64,000 nucleotides of DNA from the NCBI GenBank assembly GCA_964570065.1, contig CAZMVZ010000002.1, forward strand, positions 20,813-84,812, in the 5' to 3' direction. Under the pieces are notes generated by a model. That model was not told where the DNA came from. It searched no databases and saw nothing but the letters and a program-made list of their open reading frames with translations. Position 1 is the first letter of the stretch, and the number at the start of each line of letters is the position of its first letter. The translations under genes and the position numbers were made by a program. Shown here one piece after another: positions 8,403-18,226 of the stretch. This DNA comes from an uncultured Candidatus Poseidoniales archaeon. GTDB taxonomy: Archaea > Thermoplasmatota > Poseidoniia > Poseidoniales > Thalassarchaeaceae.

Positions 8403-11057
8403 TCACTCGGTCTTGTCTATCCTTTGAGATGAGACTCCTCTCGTCTTCATTTCTTTCTCTACGGTTCCCGATGGCAATTCCCCATCCTGCTCCAATGCGG
8501 AGAGTGCAGCTATCACAATGCTGTCTGTGTCGATTTCGAAGAAGGTGCGAAGGGCTTCTCTAGAGTCTGAGCGCCCGAATCCATCGGTACCTAGGACGAC
8601 GTACCGTCCTCCAACCCATCTTTGAATCATTTCGGGAACGGAGGAAATGAAATCTGAAGTTGCGATGGTCGGAGTCGCATCTCCAAAACATTCGGAAACG
8701 TATGGTTTCGATTCTTCCCCAGGATCGAGACGCTTCTTCCTCTCGTGTTCCATGCCAATTCGTCGAAGTTCTCCATAGGAAGTCACCGACCAAATTTCCG
8801 ATCCGATTCCATGATCGCGCAATAGTTCCATGGCAGCCTCTCTTACAAGATTCAGAATTGGTCCGGAACCTAGTAATCTGACCTTGGAGCCTTTGCCCTC
8901 CATCTCTTCAACAATATAGGCGCCTCTGATAATCCCCTCATCGGAGTCTGCCGGCTTTGGCATCTGCTGTTGATTCTCGTTGTACAGCATGATGTAATGG
9001 AACACATCCAGGTTCTCGCCCCACATCTCATCGATTCCATGTCTTATTATTGTCGCGAGTTCGTATGCATAAGCAGGATCCCATGCTCGACAGTGGGGAA
9101 CTGCAGAGGCCATCAGGAGGCTGTGACCGTCTTGATGCTGCAATCCTTCGCCATTCAGTGTCGTCCGACCTGCAGTTGCGCCCATGAGGAACCCCCGAGC
9201 CCTAGCATCGGCAGCACTCCATATCTGGTCCCCTACTCTCTGGAAACCAAACATTGAGTAGAAGGTGTAGAAGGGGATTGTTGGTGAGTTGGCGTTCGAG
9301 TAAGACGTAGCGCTAGAAATCCATGAGGCTATTGCTGCAGCCTCCGAGATCCCTTCCTGAAGCACCTGTCCAGATTCAGATTCCTTGTAATTCAGTAGCA
9401 TCTTGTGGTCGACTGGGGTGTACTTCTGCCCCTTTGATGCAAAGATCGCGAACTCACTGAAAAGAGGGTCCATGCCGAATGTCCTCCCTTCGTCGGGGAT
9501 GATCGGGACTACCTTGTCACCTATCTCTGACTTCAAGAGGTTCCTCAATAGTCGAACGAAGGCCATGGTGGTAGAAACCTCTTGTCCCTCTGGGGTTCCT
9601 CCATCGAATGCTGCGTAGGTTCCCTCGCCTGGGAGATTAGAGGTGATGTTAGCGGGTCTTCTCGAGGGCAGGTACCCTCCGAGGTGTTTTCTTCGCTCGA
9701 ACAAATATTCGATTTCATCTGACTCTTCTTCTAGAATGACGAATGGATCATCCTCTAGTCTGGAATCATCCAAGTTTAGCCCGAGTGCGTCACGATAAGC
9801 AACTAAGTCTTCGAGATTCATCTTCTTCTTCTGGTGTGTGGAGTTTCTTCCCTCGAATGAGTCGATTCCCCATCCCTTTACGGTATGTGCAAGGATTACA
9901 GCTGGCCCATTGGCAGCCAGAGCTGCTTGGTAAGCAGAATATACCTTTATTGGGTCGTGCCCCCCTCTGGTCAATTGCTCGATTTCTGTGTCGGAGAGAG
10001 AGGTCCCCAATGCTTGAAGTGATTCACTCCCCGAGAACAACTCATCTCGGAATTCACTAGCGGAAAGGATACTGAGTCGTTGCCAGTCTCCATCTGTGAT
10101 TGCCTCTATTCTTTTCAACAGCTCACCGTTTGAATCTAGTTGGAATAATCTGTCCCACCCAGAGCCCCAGATGACTTTGATAACCGTCCATCCTGCGCCC
10201 CGATATAGCCCCTCCAACTCTTGAATAATGTTGGAGTTTCCTCGAACGGGGCCGTCTAGTCTCTGAAGGTTGCAATTGACCACGACAACCAAATTATCCA
10301 ACTGTTCTCTACCGGCTACTGCTATGGATGCGATTGCCTCGGGTTCGTCCATCTCTCCATCGCCTAGAAAAGCGAAAACACGACTCTCCGAAGTATCGGC
10401 GAGATTTCTCTGATGGAGGTACTTCCAGAATCTGGCCTGCATTACGGCACCAAGCGGCCCAAGGCCCATGGAGACTGTTGGATACTCCCAGAATTCTGGC
10501 ATCAGACGAGGGTGTGGGTATGAAGAAAGTCCGTCTTCGAAGGCTTCCTGCCTGAAGTTTGAGATTTGCTCCCTAGTAATCCGGCCCTCTAGGAATGCCC
10601 GGGAGTAGATTCCAGGGCTAGCATGACCTTGGATGTAGAGTGCGTCTCCTATCCCATTGTGGTCCTTTCCTCTGAATACATGATTGAAGCCAACCTCGTA
10701 CAATGTGGAGCTCGAGGCATAAGTGGAAATGTGTCCACCGATTCCATCCATTCTTCTATTTGCATCTGAGACCATTGCTGCTGCATTCCAAAGAACGTGG
10801 TTCTGGATCTTCGTCTCAATTTCCAGATTTCCAGGATACGGTTTTTGCTGCTCGATAGAAATTGAGTTTAGATATGGCGTCCTTGAGGAGGAAATATCGA
10901 TTCCAAGAGCCTTTGCCTCTGACAACAGTTCCTGAAGGAGTAGACGGGCCCGGGAACTGCCAGAGGAAGAGGTCACGGTCCTCAATGACTCTAGCCACTC
11001 ATCGGTCTCTTCTGGGTCCGTATCAGGTAGGGTCTGACGAGGTTTGGTTGGAGACAT
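8403..11057 (-). CDS. aceE: Pyruvate dehydrogenase E1 component, homodimeric (bacterial AceE type)
   Basis: The protein is near-colinear with E. coli AceE as I recall it: 'DPEETDEWLESL', 'YIQGHASPGIYSRAFLEGR', 'LSSYPHPRLMPEFWEYPTVSMGLGP', 'FLGDGEMDEPE', 'NCNLQRLDGPVRGN', 'GTDGFGRSDSREALR'. Confidence 0.85.
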   Translation of the reverse strand: MSPTKPRQTLPDTDPEETDEWLESLRTVTSSSGSSRARLLLQELLSEAKALGIDISSSRTPYLNSISIEQQKPYPGNLEIETKIQNHVLWNAAAMVSDANRRMDGIGGHISTYASSSTLYEVGFNHVFRGKDHNGIGDALYIQGHASPGIYSRAFLEGRITREQISNFRQEAFEDGLSSYPHPRLMPEFWEYPTVSMGLGPLGAVMQARFWKYLHQRNLADTSESRVFAFLGDGEMDEPEAIASIAVAGREQLDNLVVVVNCNLQRLDGPVRGNSNIIQELEGLYRGAGWTVIKVIWGSGWDRLFQLDSNGELLKRIEAITDGDWQRLSILSASEFRDELFSGSESLQALGTSLSDTEIEQLTRGGHDPIKVYSAYQAALAANGPAVILAHTVKGWGIDSFEGRNSTHQKKKMNLEDLVAYRDALGLNLDDSRLEDDPFVILEEESDEIEYLFERRKHLGGYLPSRRPANITSNLPGEGTYAAFDGGTPEGQEVSTTMAFVRLLRNLLKSEIGDKVVPIIPDEGRTFGMDPLFSEFAIFASKGQKYTPVDHKMLLNYKESESGQVLQEGISEAAAIASWISSATSYSNANSPTIPFYTFYSMFGFQRVGDQIWSAADARARGFLMGATAGRTTLNGEGLQHQDGHSLLMASAVPHCRAWDPAYAYELATIIRHGIDEMWGENLDVFHYIMLYNENQQQMPKPADSDEGIIRGAYIVEEMEGKGSKVRLLGSGPILNLVREAAMELLRDHGIGSEIWSVTSYGELRRIGMEHERKKRLDPGEESKPYVSECFGDATPTIATSDFISSVPEMIQRWVGGRYVVLGTDGFGRSDSREALRTFFEIDTDSIVIAALSALEQDGELPSGTVEKEMKTRGVSSQRIDKTE

Positions 11058-11132
11058 GTCTGCACTACTGCCCCGCAGGGCAGAATCACCAGCCGAGGCG
11101 TGTTTTTTGAATGGGTCGTCGTTCTAATCTGC

Positions 11133-11744
11133 TCAAACAGGGGATGGTCCGGGTCCGACCTCGATGAGATGACACTCGTGCATCGTCCTCACGCCGGCTA
11201 CGGTGATAGCGGAATCCCCCGAAACGCATCTCTCACCCTTCCACTTCCTAACGGTCCTAATCACGGTCTTTGAACCCGGGGCGTTGTTGGGATCGACCTT
11301 TACCTCGACAATTAGCTCTCCGACCTGTCCCAACCAACCCAAAACGGCATCAATACTTCGTCGGGCATATCCATGCCGCTGCTCAGAACTGCGTACCCAA
11401 TATCCCAAGTTCCACGTAGCCCTATCGGACCTAGTCACTCTATCGAAACCTATCACTCCAAGCACATAGCCGTCCCATGGTCGTATCATTGTCCAGTGAT
11501 GGAGGAGTCCGGAGCGCCCCTTGCGCTCGGTATCCTCGATAAAATTCTCAATCTGCGGCCTAATTTCGTTGTCCGGATTTATCCAAGGCATGGCCCTAAT
11601 GACATCAGGCCAAGTTTCTTCAAAAGCCTCGACGATTTCTGCGGTATGTGACTTGGATGCTGGTCTAAGGACCAAGGCTTCGTCGACCCTGATAGACGAG
11701 GTTGCCCTCCTATGCATTATTTTCGGGGACGGGTTCCATCGCAT
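11133..11744 (-). CDS. GNAT family N-acetyltransferase (RimJ/RimL-like)
   Basis: 'LVLRPASKSHTAEIVEAF', 'NLGYWVRSSEQRHGYARRSIDAVLGWL' (acetyl-CoA motif A) are present, and the size is about 200 aa. Confidence 0.7.
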   Translation of the reverse strand: MRWNPSPKIMHRRATSSIRVDEALVLRPASKSHTAEIVEAFEETWPDVIRAMPWINPDNEIRPQIENFIEDTERKGRSGLLHHWTMIRPWDGYVLGVIGFDRVTRSDRATWNLGYWVRSSEQRHGYARRSIDAVLGWLGQVGELIVEVKVDPNNAPGSKTVIRTVRKWKGERCVSGDSAITVAGVRTMHECHLIEVGPGPSPV

Positions 11745-11767
11745 CAGTTCTGCGTATCAGAACTTGG

Positions 11768-12937
11768 TTAAGAAGTCAGTTTCTCCTTTGCTCGAGCGAC
11801 GTCTGGGTCTTCTGGGTTAATTTCGTAGGCTGATTCAACCATCCTTTTTGCCTCAGTATTCCTTCCAATTGACATTAGTAGCTTACCGACGGAATAAATC
11901 AAAGAAGTCCTATTCCCCAAGTGAGGGCCGACCTCATCAAGAAGGACGGTGGTCTGAGCTTTGTTCTGCTCTTTTGCAGATCTGAAGGCTGCCTGAAGCT
12001 GTTTGATTACTTCCGGAACGGGCCATTCGTCCTGCTGCTGCCAGGGCCAGAAAGAGGGGTCGTTCTGGTACAGGGACGAAGCAGGTTCCTCTTCTTCCGG
12101 AGGGAGGACTGGTGCGGATGGCAGTTGAACTGGTCTTTCTATGTCCGCCTCAGGCTCCTTTTCTTCGTGGATTGGGACCGCATTAAGTTTCGGGATGGGA
12201 ATCGATGGGGCTGGTGGAATTGAGTTCGCATTTGTTAATGGTGAGACTCCTCTTGCAAATGCTTCCTCGAATTCGTCTATCTTTCCGTCCCCATCAAAGT
12301 CATCCTCTCCAATACCCTCAACTTCTCTGACAGGAGAGCCAATTTCGTTGGCTTCAATAATCTCGTTTGGATTCATTGGTTGGGTGAAAATTGGGGTCTC
12401 AGCGTTTGGTTGGATTAACTCAATTGTTCTGTGATCAAATATCTCTTCCCCTTCCTCTTCAAGTGGGCTTTTGGGTACTTCGAATTTCTGAACGAATTGG
12501 GGGATATCGTCTGCCGTAAGCTCGTACTCCTCATCGATTTCTTCGATTGGAGGGGTGAATGAGTCAAAATCTGGTTTTCTGTCCAATTGGACTTCATCGC
12601 CTTCTCCATATTGCGAGACTTCTACGGTTAAGTCGTCAAATGCAAATGAAGGAGCAATAGTTTCACTCTCCACTTCATCCTCTTCAATCTCGCTCATCAG
12701 TTGATCCAATAGGTCCGTGGACTCGTCATCTCCAAGTCCTGAACTCTGCTGAAAGGAAGGTCGATCTATCTGGTAATAGCATCTGGTGCAAACCTTGGTT
12801 CCCTCTTGGTTCAAGTGCTGACAGGAAGGACATACGATGCCCTTGGTGTTAGAATTACTCCATGACTTAAATCTGTCAAATACCAATCCCGTCCCCCCAG
12901 CATTCCCTCTCGACAGTGGTGAACGTTTAATTCTCAC
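11768..12937 (-). CDS. Hypothetical protein: N-terminal zinc ribbon, long acidic low-complexity linker, C-terminal TPR-like helices
   Basis: 'CPSCQHLNQEGTKVCTRCYY' is a zinc ribbon. A D/E/P-rich middle of about 250 aa follows. The C-terminus 'IYSVGKLLMSIGRNTEAKRMVESAYEINPEDPDV' is TPR-like. Confidence 0.5.
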   Translation of the reverse strand: MRIKRSPLSRGNAGGTGLVFDRFKSWSNSNTKGIVCPSCQHLNQEGTKVCTRCYYQIDRPSFQQSSGLGDDESTDLLDQLMSEIEEDEVESETIAPSFAFDDLTVEVSQYGEGDEVQLDRKPDFDSFTPPIEEIDEEYELTADDIPQFVQKFEVPKSPLEEEGEEIFDHRTIELIQPNAETPIFTQPMNPNEIIEANEIGSPVREVEGIGEDDFDGDGKIDEFEEAFARGVSPLTNANSIPPAPSIPIPKLNAVPIHEEKEPEADIERPVQLPSAPVLPPEEEEPASSLYQNDPSFWPWQQQDEWPVPEVIKQLQAAFRSAKEQNKAQTTVLLDEVGPHLGNRTSLIYSVGKLLMSIGRNTEAKRMVESAYEINPEDPDVARAKEKLTS

Positions 12938-12942
12938 TGGGA

Positions 12943-14940
12943 ATGGTTTGTTTTGTTTTGACGAGGACTCGCCAAGTAACCGTGATAGGGGGCAGGGTTA
13001 GACGGGCATACGTGGGCGACTCTGAGAAAACGGTTCCAAGTCGGTTCAAAAGGAGCCAGGACCATCACGAATCTTACCTGCGTCTGATTCGATGGGAATT
13101 AGACGATGAGTTGGCTGTGACTGAGGAGAGGCTCAAGAATTGGTCAGAAAAGAAATTAGAAGCGAATGGAATTGCCCTTTTCGGACTGAATGCCAAGACC
13201 GATGGTTGGTTGTTCGGTCAGCAAATCATTAGGCTTCGACAAGGAGCTGGGAAAGACCTTGGTTCCCATCGTTTCAGACAGGGTGACATAGTGATGCTTA
13301 GCAGAGGAAGCCCGCTGACAGAGAGGCCAATTGAGGCCATAGTGAGCAATAGGAACCGGAACTCGATTCGAATCGTACTTCCTGAGGCGCCGCAGGGCCT
13401 GCGAAAGGGAACATGGAGGATTGATAGAGGGGCCAACCGGGTTGCATTCGACAGGATGAGGGATGCGCTCAATTCAATCTTCGAAGAAGATGGAAGTGCC
13501 CCCCTGAGAGAATTGCTCCTAGGGCTAGTTCATGACCCGGTGGGAACTGCTTCTCTAATTCCTGAGCTAGGAGGGGTGAAGGAAAAAAGCGCCACACTGC
13601 CAAGTGACATGAATAAGGCTCAGAGGGATGCTGCAAAGAGAGCGATAAGTAGTAGGCTGACATTGATCCAAGGCCCCCCAGGAACAGGGAAGACTCACAC
13701 TGCGGTTAGGATTCTAGAGAACTGGGCGATACTAGACACTGGTACAGTTCTCGCAGTAGCAGACTCAAATGTGGCTGTTGACAACTTACTGGAGGGTTTG
13801 CTGGAAAGAGGCGTCAGGGCAGTGAGACTGGGGCAGCCCGTCAAGGTTAGAGAGAATCTGAGAACTGCTACAATGGATGCTAGGATGGAAAGTCATGAGT
13901 TGAATAGAGATCTAGTGGAGGAGATTGAAAGGAACGAGAAATTGTCTAGAAGGATTAAGGGCATGAGGGGAGGGAAGGAAAAGGGCCTAGCCCACAGGGA
14001 CCTGAGCAGGGGGTGGAAGGAAGTGAAGAGGCTCGAAAGGCAAATTAGAGATGACATTCTAGATAGGGCTCAGGTTCTTTGTTGCACGTGCATTGGTTCT
14101 GGACATGAGTTACTCGATGGGAGAAGGTTTTCCCGGGTGCTAATTGATGAGGCAACTCAGGCAACGGAGCCTGCGGCATTGGTGCCTATTGTGAAGGGGG
14201 CCAGGCAGATCGTGTTGGTTGGTGATCACAGACAACTGCCTCCGACTGTGATTTCTCGACGGGCGGGAAATGGGGGTTTGAATCGATCTCTATTCGAACG
14301 ACTGGTGGAAATGGGAATCAAGCCTCTGCTGCTTAACACCCAGTATCGAATGCACCCCTCAATTTCTGAGTTTCCGAATTCGCAATTCTACGGAGGAATG
14401 CTTCAGGATGGTGTAGATGAGTCTGAAAGAGAGGCGCCTCCTGGGATGCTTTGGCCCAATTGGGACTCACCGTTAGCGTTCCTTCCAGTCGATGGTGATG
14501 AGTTGCTTTCACCCGATGGAGCCTCGAAGGAGAATGCAGCAGAAGCATCATGGGTGGTAAAAATTCTGATGGGATTTGTGGACGATGGTGGGCTTGATCT
14601 CACAGACGTTGGGATAGTTACTCCATATGCTGGACAGGTTAGGGCGATTAGGGACATTCTGCCAGATTCTATGCAGGGGGTTGAGGTTAGGACTGTTGAT
14701 GGATACCAGGGTAGAGAGAAGGATGTGATAATCTTCTCTTGTGTTAGGTCAAACTCAGATGGAAATGTCGGTTTTCTCTCTGATCGGAGAAGGCTTAACG
14801 TGGCACTTACCAGATCTAAGCGTGGCCTAGTGGTAGTTGGAAACCCGGATACCTTGAGGCATGATGAAAATTGGAGAGCTTGGATTGAACACGTGAGGAG
14901 TCGTAAACTTGAGGCATGGCACCTCCTGGGTACAGCATGA
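12943..14940 (+). CDS. Superfamily 1B helicase, Upf1/IGHMBP2 (Smubp-2)-like
   Basis: Helicase motifs 'GPPGTGKT', 'DEATQA', 'VLVGDHRQLPP', 'YRMHP', 'VDGYQGREKDVIIFS' and 'NVALTRSKRGLVVVG' are present. The N-terminal beta-barrel region 'HRFRQGDIVML' resembles IGHMBP2. The exact start is uncertain. Confidence 0.85.
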   Translation: MVCFVLTRTRQVTVIGGRVRRAYVGDSEKTVPSRFKRSQDHHESYLRLIRWELDDELAVTEERLKNWSEKKLEANGIALFGLNAKTDGWLFGQQIIRLRQGAGKDLGSHRFRQGDIVMLSRGSPLTERPIEAIVSNRNRNSIRIVLPEAPQGLRKGTWRIDRGANRVAFDRMRDALNSIFEEDGSAPLRELLLGLVHDPVGTASLIPELGGVKEKSATLPSDMNKAQRDAAKRAISSRLTLIQGPPGTGKTHTAVRILENWAILDTGTVLAVADSNVAVDNLLEGLLERGVRAVRLGQPVKVRENLRTATMDARMESHELNRDLVEEIERNEKLSRRIKGMRGGKEKGLAHRDLSRGWKEVKRLERQIRDDILDRAQVLCCTCIGSGHELLDGRRFSRVLIDEATQATEPAALVPIVKGARQIVLVGDHRQLPPTVISRRAGNGGLNRSLFERLVEMGIKPLLLNTQYRMHPSISEFPNSQFYGGMLQDGVDESEREAPPGMLWPNWDSPLAFLPVDGDELLSPDGASKENAAEASWVVKILMGFVDDGGLDLTDVGIVTPYAGQVRAIRDILPDSMQGVEVRTVDGYQGREKDVIIFSCVRSNSDGNVGFLSDRRRLNVALTRSKRGLVVVGNPDTLRHDENWRAWIEHVRSRKLEAWHLLGTA

Positions 14941-14949
14941 GGTGCGTGA

Positions 14950-15522
14950 ATGAGCGATCATGACTCTCCCATCTCAATTCATGGTGGAGGGACGCTGGCG
15001 AAAGCGATAGTCTCTCAGGAGAATGATCATTGGTCGGTTCCAGATGGGGCAATCCTAGCCTCATGGGCAAGGAGGTTAGTGGCCTTCGTGATTGATGTCA
15101 CAATCGTATACTCGGTACTGAATCTTTCAACAGGAGGGATGGTGGCGAATGCCTTGAATGTGAATATATGGGTATCTTCTGACTTTCACTACTCGGTTGC
15201 ATTCGCTGCTATATTGCTTGCCAGTCACTGGCTATACTGGAGAGTGACTGGTTTGATTTTCTCAAGATCCATAGGCCAGAAGTTACTTGGGATCGCGATA
15301 GTGAAGGATAATGGGGATGCGGTGTCCAGTGAGATGTGGGACATTAGGGCAGCGGGAAAGCTCCTGTACCTAATACCCGTATTGAACCTCTACTTCGGCA
15401 TCTATGAGTTGGCTAGAATTTCACAGAGACACACACATCAGTCAAATCTTGACCTTCGTGTAGGGACGATTGTTGCGCATTCTGCTTCTCTACCTCCAGG
15501 AAGTAGGAGGCATATCGGATAG
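14950..15522 (+). CDS. RDD-family membrane protein
   Basis: 'ASWARRLVAFVIDVTIVY' is followed by hydrophobic helices, and the C-terminal 'HQSNLDLRVGTIV' fits the family. Confidence 0.6.
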   Translation: MSDHDSPISIHGGGTLAKAIVSQENDHWSVPDGAILASWARRLVAFVIDVTIVYSVLNLSTGGMVANALNVNIWVSSDFHYSVAFAAILLASHWLYWRVTGLIFSRSIGQKLLGIAIVKDNGDAVSSEMWDIRAAGKLLYLIPVLNLYFGIYELARISQRHTHQSNLDLRVGTIVAHSASLPPGSRRHIG

Positions 15523-15530
15523 GTGGAAGT

Positions 15531-16133
15531 ATGGATGATGTCATTGAGTGGGTACATTCTGGGAAGTGCATTGTCTATCCTACCTCCACACTTCCTGCTC
15601 TGGGTTGCATCCCGGAGCCAAGTGCTCTAGATGCGTTATTTGAGATAAAGGGCAGACCTCGGAGTGCGCCTGTAAGTCTGGGGGTAGCCAATCTTAGCCA
15701 AGCTAGTGAAATTGTCGAGGTCCCAGATGATGTGTACGAAATAATAGAGGAGTTCCCAGACGGGTCTCTGACCATTGTTCTCAGCCCGAAAGAAGAGATG
15801 GACGTTCGTCTAGGATCTAAGGGCGTAGCTGTTCGTGTGGTCTCAGACCCAAGGGCTAGAGGGCTTCTCCTCAGGACCGGCCCACTGACTGCCACCAGTG
15901 CGAACCATACAGGTGAAGAGCCCCTGCTGGATTGCATCGCAGCCGCGGATTATCTATGTACCTCGGAACATGCTGTTTTGGGGGTTGATGGGGAATGTAA
16001 TGGGGGTCTACCCAGTACTTTGATAGCATGGCATACGGTCTGCAGTACGCCTGAGTCGCTGAAGATAGAGGTAGTTAGAGAGGGGAAGGTCGGTTCCGAG
16101 GAAGTTTTAGCATGGTGGAAGAGGAGGACCTGA
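15531..16133 (+). CDS. YrdC/TsaC-domain protein (threonylcarbamoyl-AMP synthase family, short form without a Sua5 domain)
   Basis: 'VYPTSTLPALGC', 'KGRPRSAPVSL' and 'LTATSANHTGEEP' are YrdC-fold signatures. The protein is 200 aa. Confidence 0.8.
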   Translation: MDDVIEWVHSGKCIVYPTSTLPALGCIPEPSALDALFEIKGRPRSAPVSLGVANLSQASEIVEVPDDVYEIIEEFPDGSLTIVLSPKEEMDVRLGSKGVAVRVVSDPRARGLLLRTGPLTATSANHTGEEPLLDCIAAADYLCTSEHAVLGVDGECNGGLPSTLIAWHTVCSTPESLKIEVVREGKVGSEEVLAWWKRRT

Positions 16134-17125
16134 AGCAATGGAGAGACGCGGGCCACGTTGCCAGAAGAACGCTAGAGGGGATCAAAGGCGAGATTGTAGC
16201 TGGGAAGCAGTGGTCAGAAGTCATAGAATCTGCTGAGAGGTTCATCAAGAGGCATGGGGGTAAGGCCGCCTTCCCCGTGACGATCTCAGTTAACGATATG
16301 GCTGCCCACTATACAACGAACACCGAACTGACTCCTCCCGAGGGATTTGAGGGAGAGATGGTTTTCCAGAAGGGTGATCTTGTCAAGCTCGATGTTGGGG
16401 TTCACATCAAAGGAGCATTGGGGGACAATGCTCTAACGATCGAGGTCGGGAACGGAGGGGAGCACACTGAACAAATTAGGGCAGCCAGGGATGCCAGGGA
16501 TGCAGCGATCGAGAAGATGCACCCTGGCACTCCTTGGCATGTGATTGGAGAGGCCGCCCAGCAAGCATCAGTGGATGCTGGGTTTGAGCCAATCAGAAAT
16601 CTAAGTGGTCACAAGATGGAGCGTTGGAACCTTCACTCAGGTGTGTCAATACCCATGCATGCATGTGGCCCGAGAAACCCGGGCTACAAAGGAGAAGTGG
16701 AAGCAGGAGGGGTGTATGCAGTGGAGCCGTTCAATACCACTGGAAAGAGTGGGATGATTGAGAATGTCCCGCCCTCCGATTCAGCCAACATTCTACGAGT
16801 GACTGGGGATGTTAGGATTAGGAAGGCCCTCTCGAAGGGCAAGTTGAAGCCTCTTGGGGCAACCATGGCAAGATACATAGAAGAGCGATACAACACTCTT
16901 CCATTCGCAGAGAGGTGGGCATCCCCACTGCTAAGCAAGCCGTTCCCGGAAGAGGATGCCGAGTCACTGAAGAGGAAATGGAACGCTCTTGTCAAGAAAT
17001 TGACCTCGATTAGGTTTCTTGAGGTCTATAGTGCTCTAAGAGATGTCGATAGAGGGGATGTTGGGCAGTTCGAGCATACTGTTTTCATTACTGAAGGCGG
17101 TCCAGAAATCCTTACCGTAGAGTGA
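16112..17125 (+). CDS. map: Methionine aminopeptidase, type 2
   Basis: 'AAFPVTISVNDMAAHYT', 'DVGVHIKGALGDNA', 'SGHKMERWNLHSG' and 'FEHTVFITEGGPEILT' are present. The helical insert is typical of the archaeal/eukaryotic type. Confidence 0.9.
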   Translation: MVEEEDLKQWRDAGHVARRTLEGIKGEIVAGKQWSEVIESAERFIKRHGGKAAFPVTISVNDMAAHYTTNTELTPPEGFEGEMVFQKGDLVKLDVGVHIKGALGDNALTIEVGNGGEHTEQIRAARDARDAAIEKMHPGTPWHVIGEAAQQASVDAGFEPIRNLSGHKMERWNLHSGVSIPMHACGPRNPGYKGEVEAGGVYAVEPFNTTGKSGMIENVPPSDSANILRVTGDVRIRKALSKGKLKPLGATMARYIEERYNTLPFAERWASPLLSKPFPEEDAESLKRKWNALVKKLTSIRFLEVYSALRDVDRGDVGQFEHTVFITEGGPEILTVE

Positions 17126-17294
17126 ATTCTCAGAATAATAAGAAAACTGGCGATTACCGGCTAATTTCTCACAACGATTAACTATTGCCGCCTTTCTGGT
17201 CCGACCGTACAGGACGAAAGGTTCTCGCTGAGTGCATCCCATCCCCTCGCAATTATCTCTCTCCTGTACACCTTACTAGGGCGGCCGGAGGGCT

Positions 17295-18218
17295 CTATTC
17301 AGCCGCATCTCTGGTGGCTTCAGCAGTGCCAAACACGGTTACTGCAATTATCGCCGCGAATATCAGTGACATACCTCCAATCTGCTGAATTGATGGCTTC
17401 TCAGAGAGAATGATGACCCCCCATAGAATTGTTAGAACGGGTTGGAGAAGGATGGCGAATGAGGTGTGGGCGGCTGGAAGTCTTGGTAGGGCGTATGTGA
17501 TGGCGATCCACCCAATTACCTGGCAAGAGACAGCGAGCAGGATAATCCAACCGTGTCCAGGCCAAGTGAACGAGAAGTCAATTGGTTCTATGTCAAGACT
17601 GGAGAGAGGCAGTATTCCAACAACGAGAAGTCCCGTTGCTGCTCCCGCAGTAGCATCCAATTGAAGATTGACTGATGGTGCACGGATTCGATTTGAGAAT
17701 CTGTAGAGGATGAGGAATGAGGAGTAGAATATCGCTGCAACTATCCCTCCTACTACGCCCTTTATTGGGTCGTCTCCATATGGTTCATCGTCCCAAATTC
17801 CTGAGATGAACAGTAGGCCCAGCATTACCATTGGTAGAGCTAGTAGTATCATTCGATTCGGCCTTTCTCCAAGCAGCCACCAACTGACCAGAGTTACGAT
17901 AATTACCTGAGAGTTGCCAATCAACGTTGCGATTCCACTTCCAATGTAGTCAATAGCACTGTGATATCCAGCGAAATCGATTGCCAGAAGCAAACCAGCA
18001 GAAAAGGCAAGCATCCTATTCTTTCTCTCCCTCTGGTCATCCTGATTCAAGTACCAGACGAGGAATATCAGGATTGGGAGAGCGTATAGCATCCGGAAGA
18101 ACGCTCCTGTGATGGGGCTGGTGTCGGATTGAATATACAACAATGGTGCGAAAGAGAGCAGCATGGCTCCGAACAGCGCGATAAGCATGATTCGCCGGTC
18201 ATCAGCCGGCGTAGACAT
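17295..18218 (-). CDS. EamA/DMT-superfamily transporter
   Basis: The protein has about 10 hydrophobic helices in two EamA-like halves. I moved the start to ATG 18218 ('MSTPADD'), 9 nt after the Grx stop, because the track ORF start at 18347 overlaps the Grx gene. Confidence 0.75.
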   Translation of the reverse strand: MSTPADDRRIMLIALFGAMLLSFAPLLYIQSDTSPITGAFFRMLYALPILIFLVWYLNQDDQRERKNRMLAFSAGLLLAIDFAGYHSAIDYIGSGIATLIGNSQVIIVTLVSWWLLGERPNRMILLALPMVMLGLLFISGIWDDEPYGDDPIKGVVGGIVAAIFYSSFLILYRFSNRIRAPSVNLQLDATAGAATGLLVVGILPLSSLDIEPIDFSFTWPGHGWIILLAVSCQVIGWIAITYALPRLPAAHTSFAILLQPVLTILWGVIILSEKPSIQQIGGMSLIFAAIIAVTVFGTAEATRDAAE

Positions 18219-18226
18219 ACAATCCC

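Noticed and set aside
11068-11108. 6-bp GC hairpin (CUGCCC-CGCA-GGGCAG, 11068-11083) followed by T6 (11103-11108) on the plus strand, resembling a bacterial intrinsic terminator.
   Set aside because: Both flanking genes (aceE and the GNAT) are on the minus strand, so a plus-strand terminator has nothing to terminate. On the minus strand the A-rich run more plausibly belongs to the aceE promoter region.
17191-17221. Imperfect 10-bp hairpin (CCUUUC-UG-GUCC ... GGAC-GAAAGG) in the 169-nt gap between the convergent map and EamA genes.
   Set aside because: It is a single hairpin with no flanking T-tract, no repeats and no conservation information. It could be a 3'-end structure, but the evidence is too thin to call it a terminator or sRNA.
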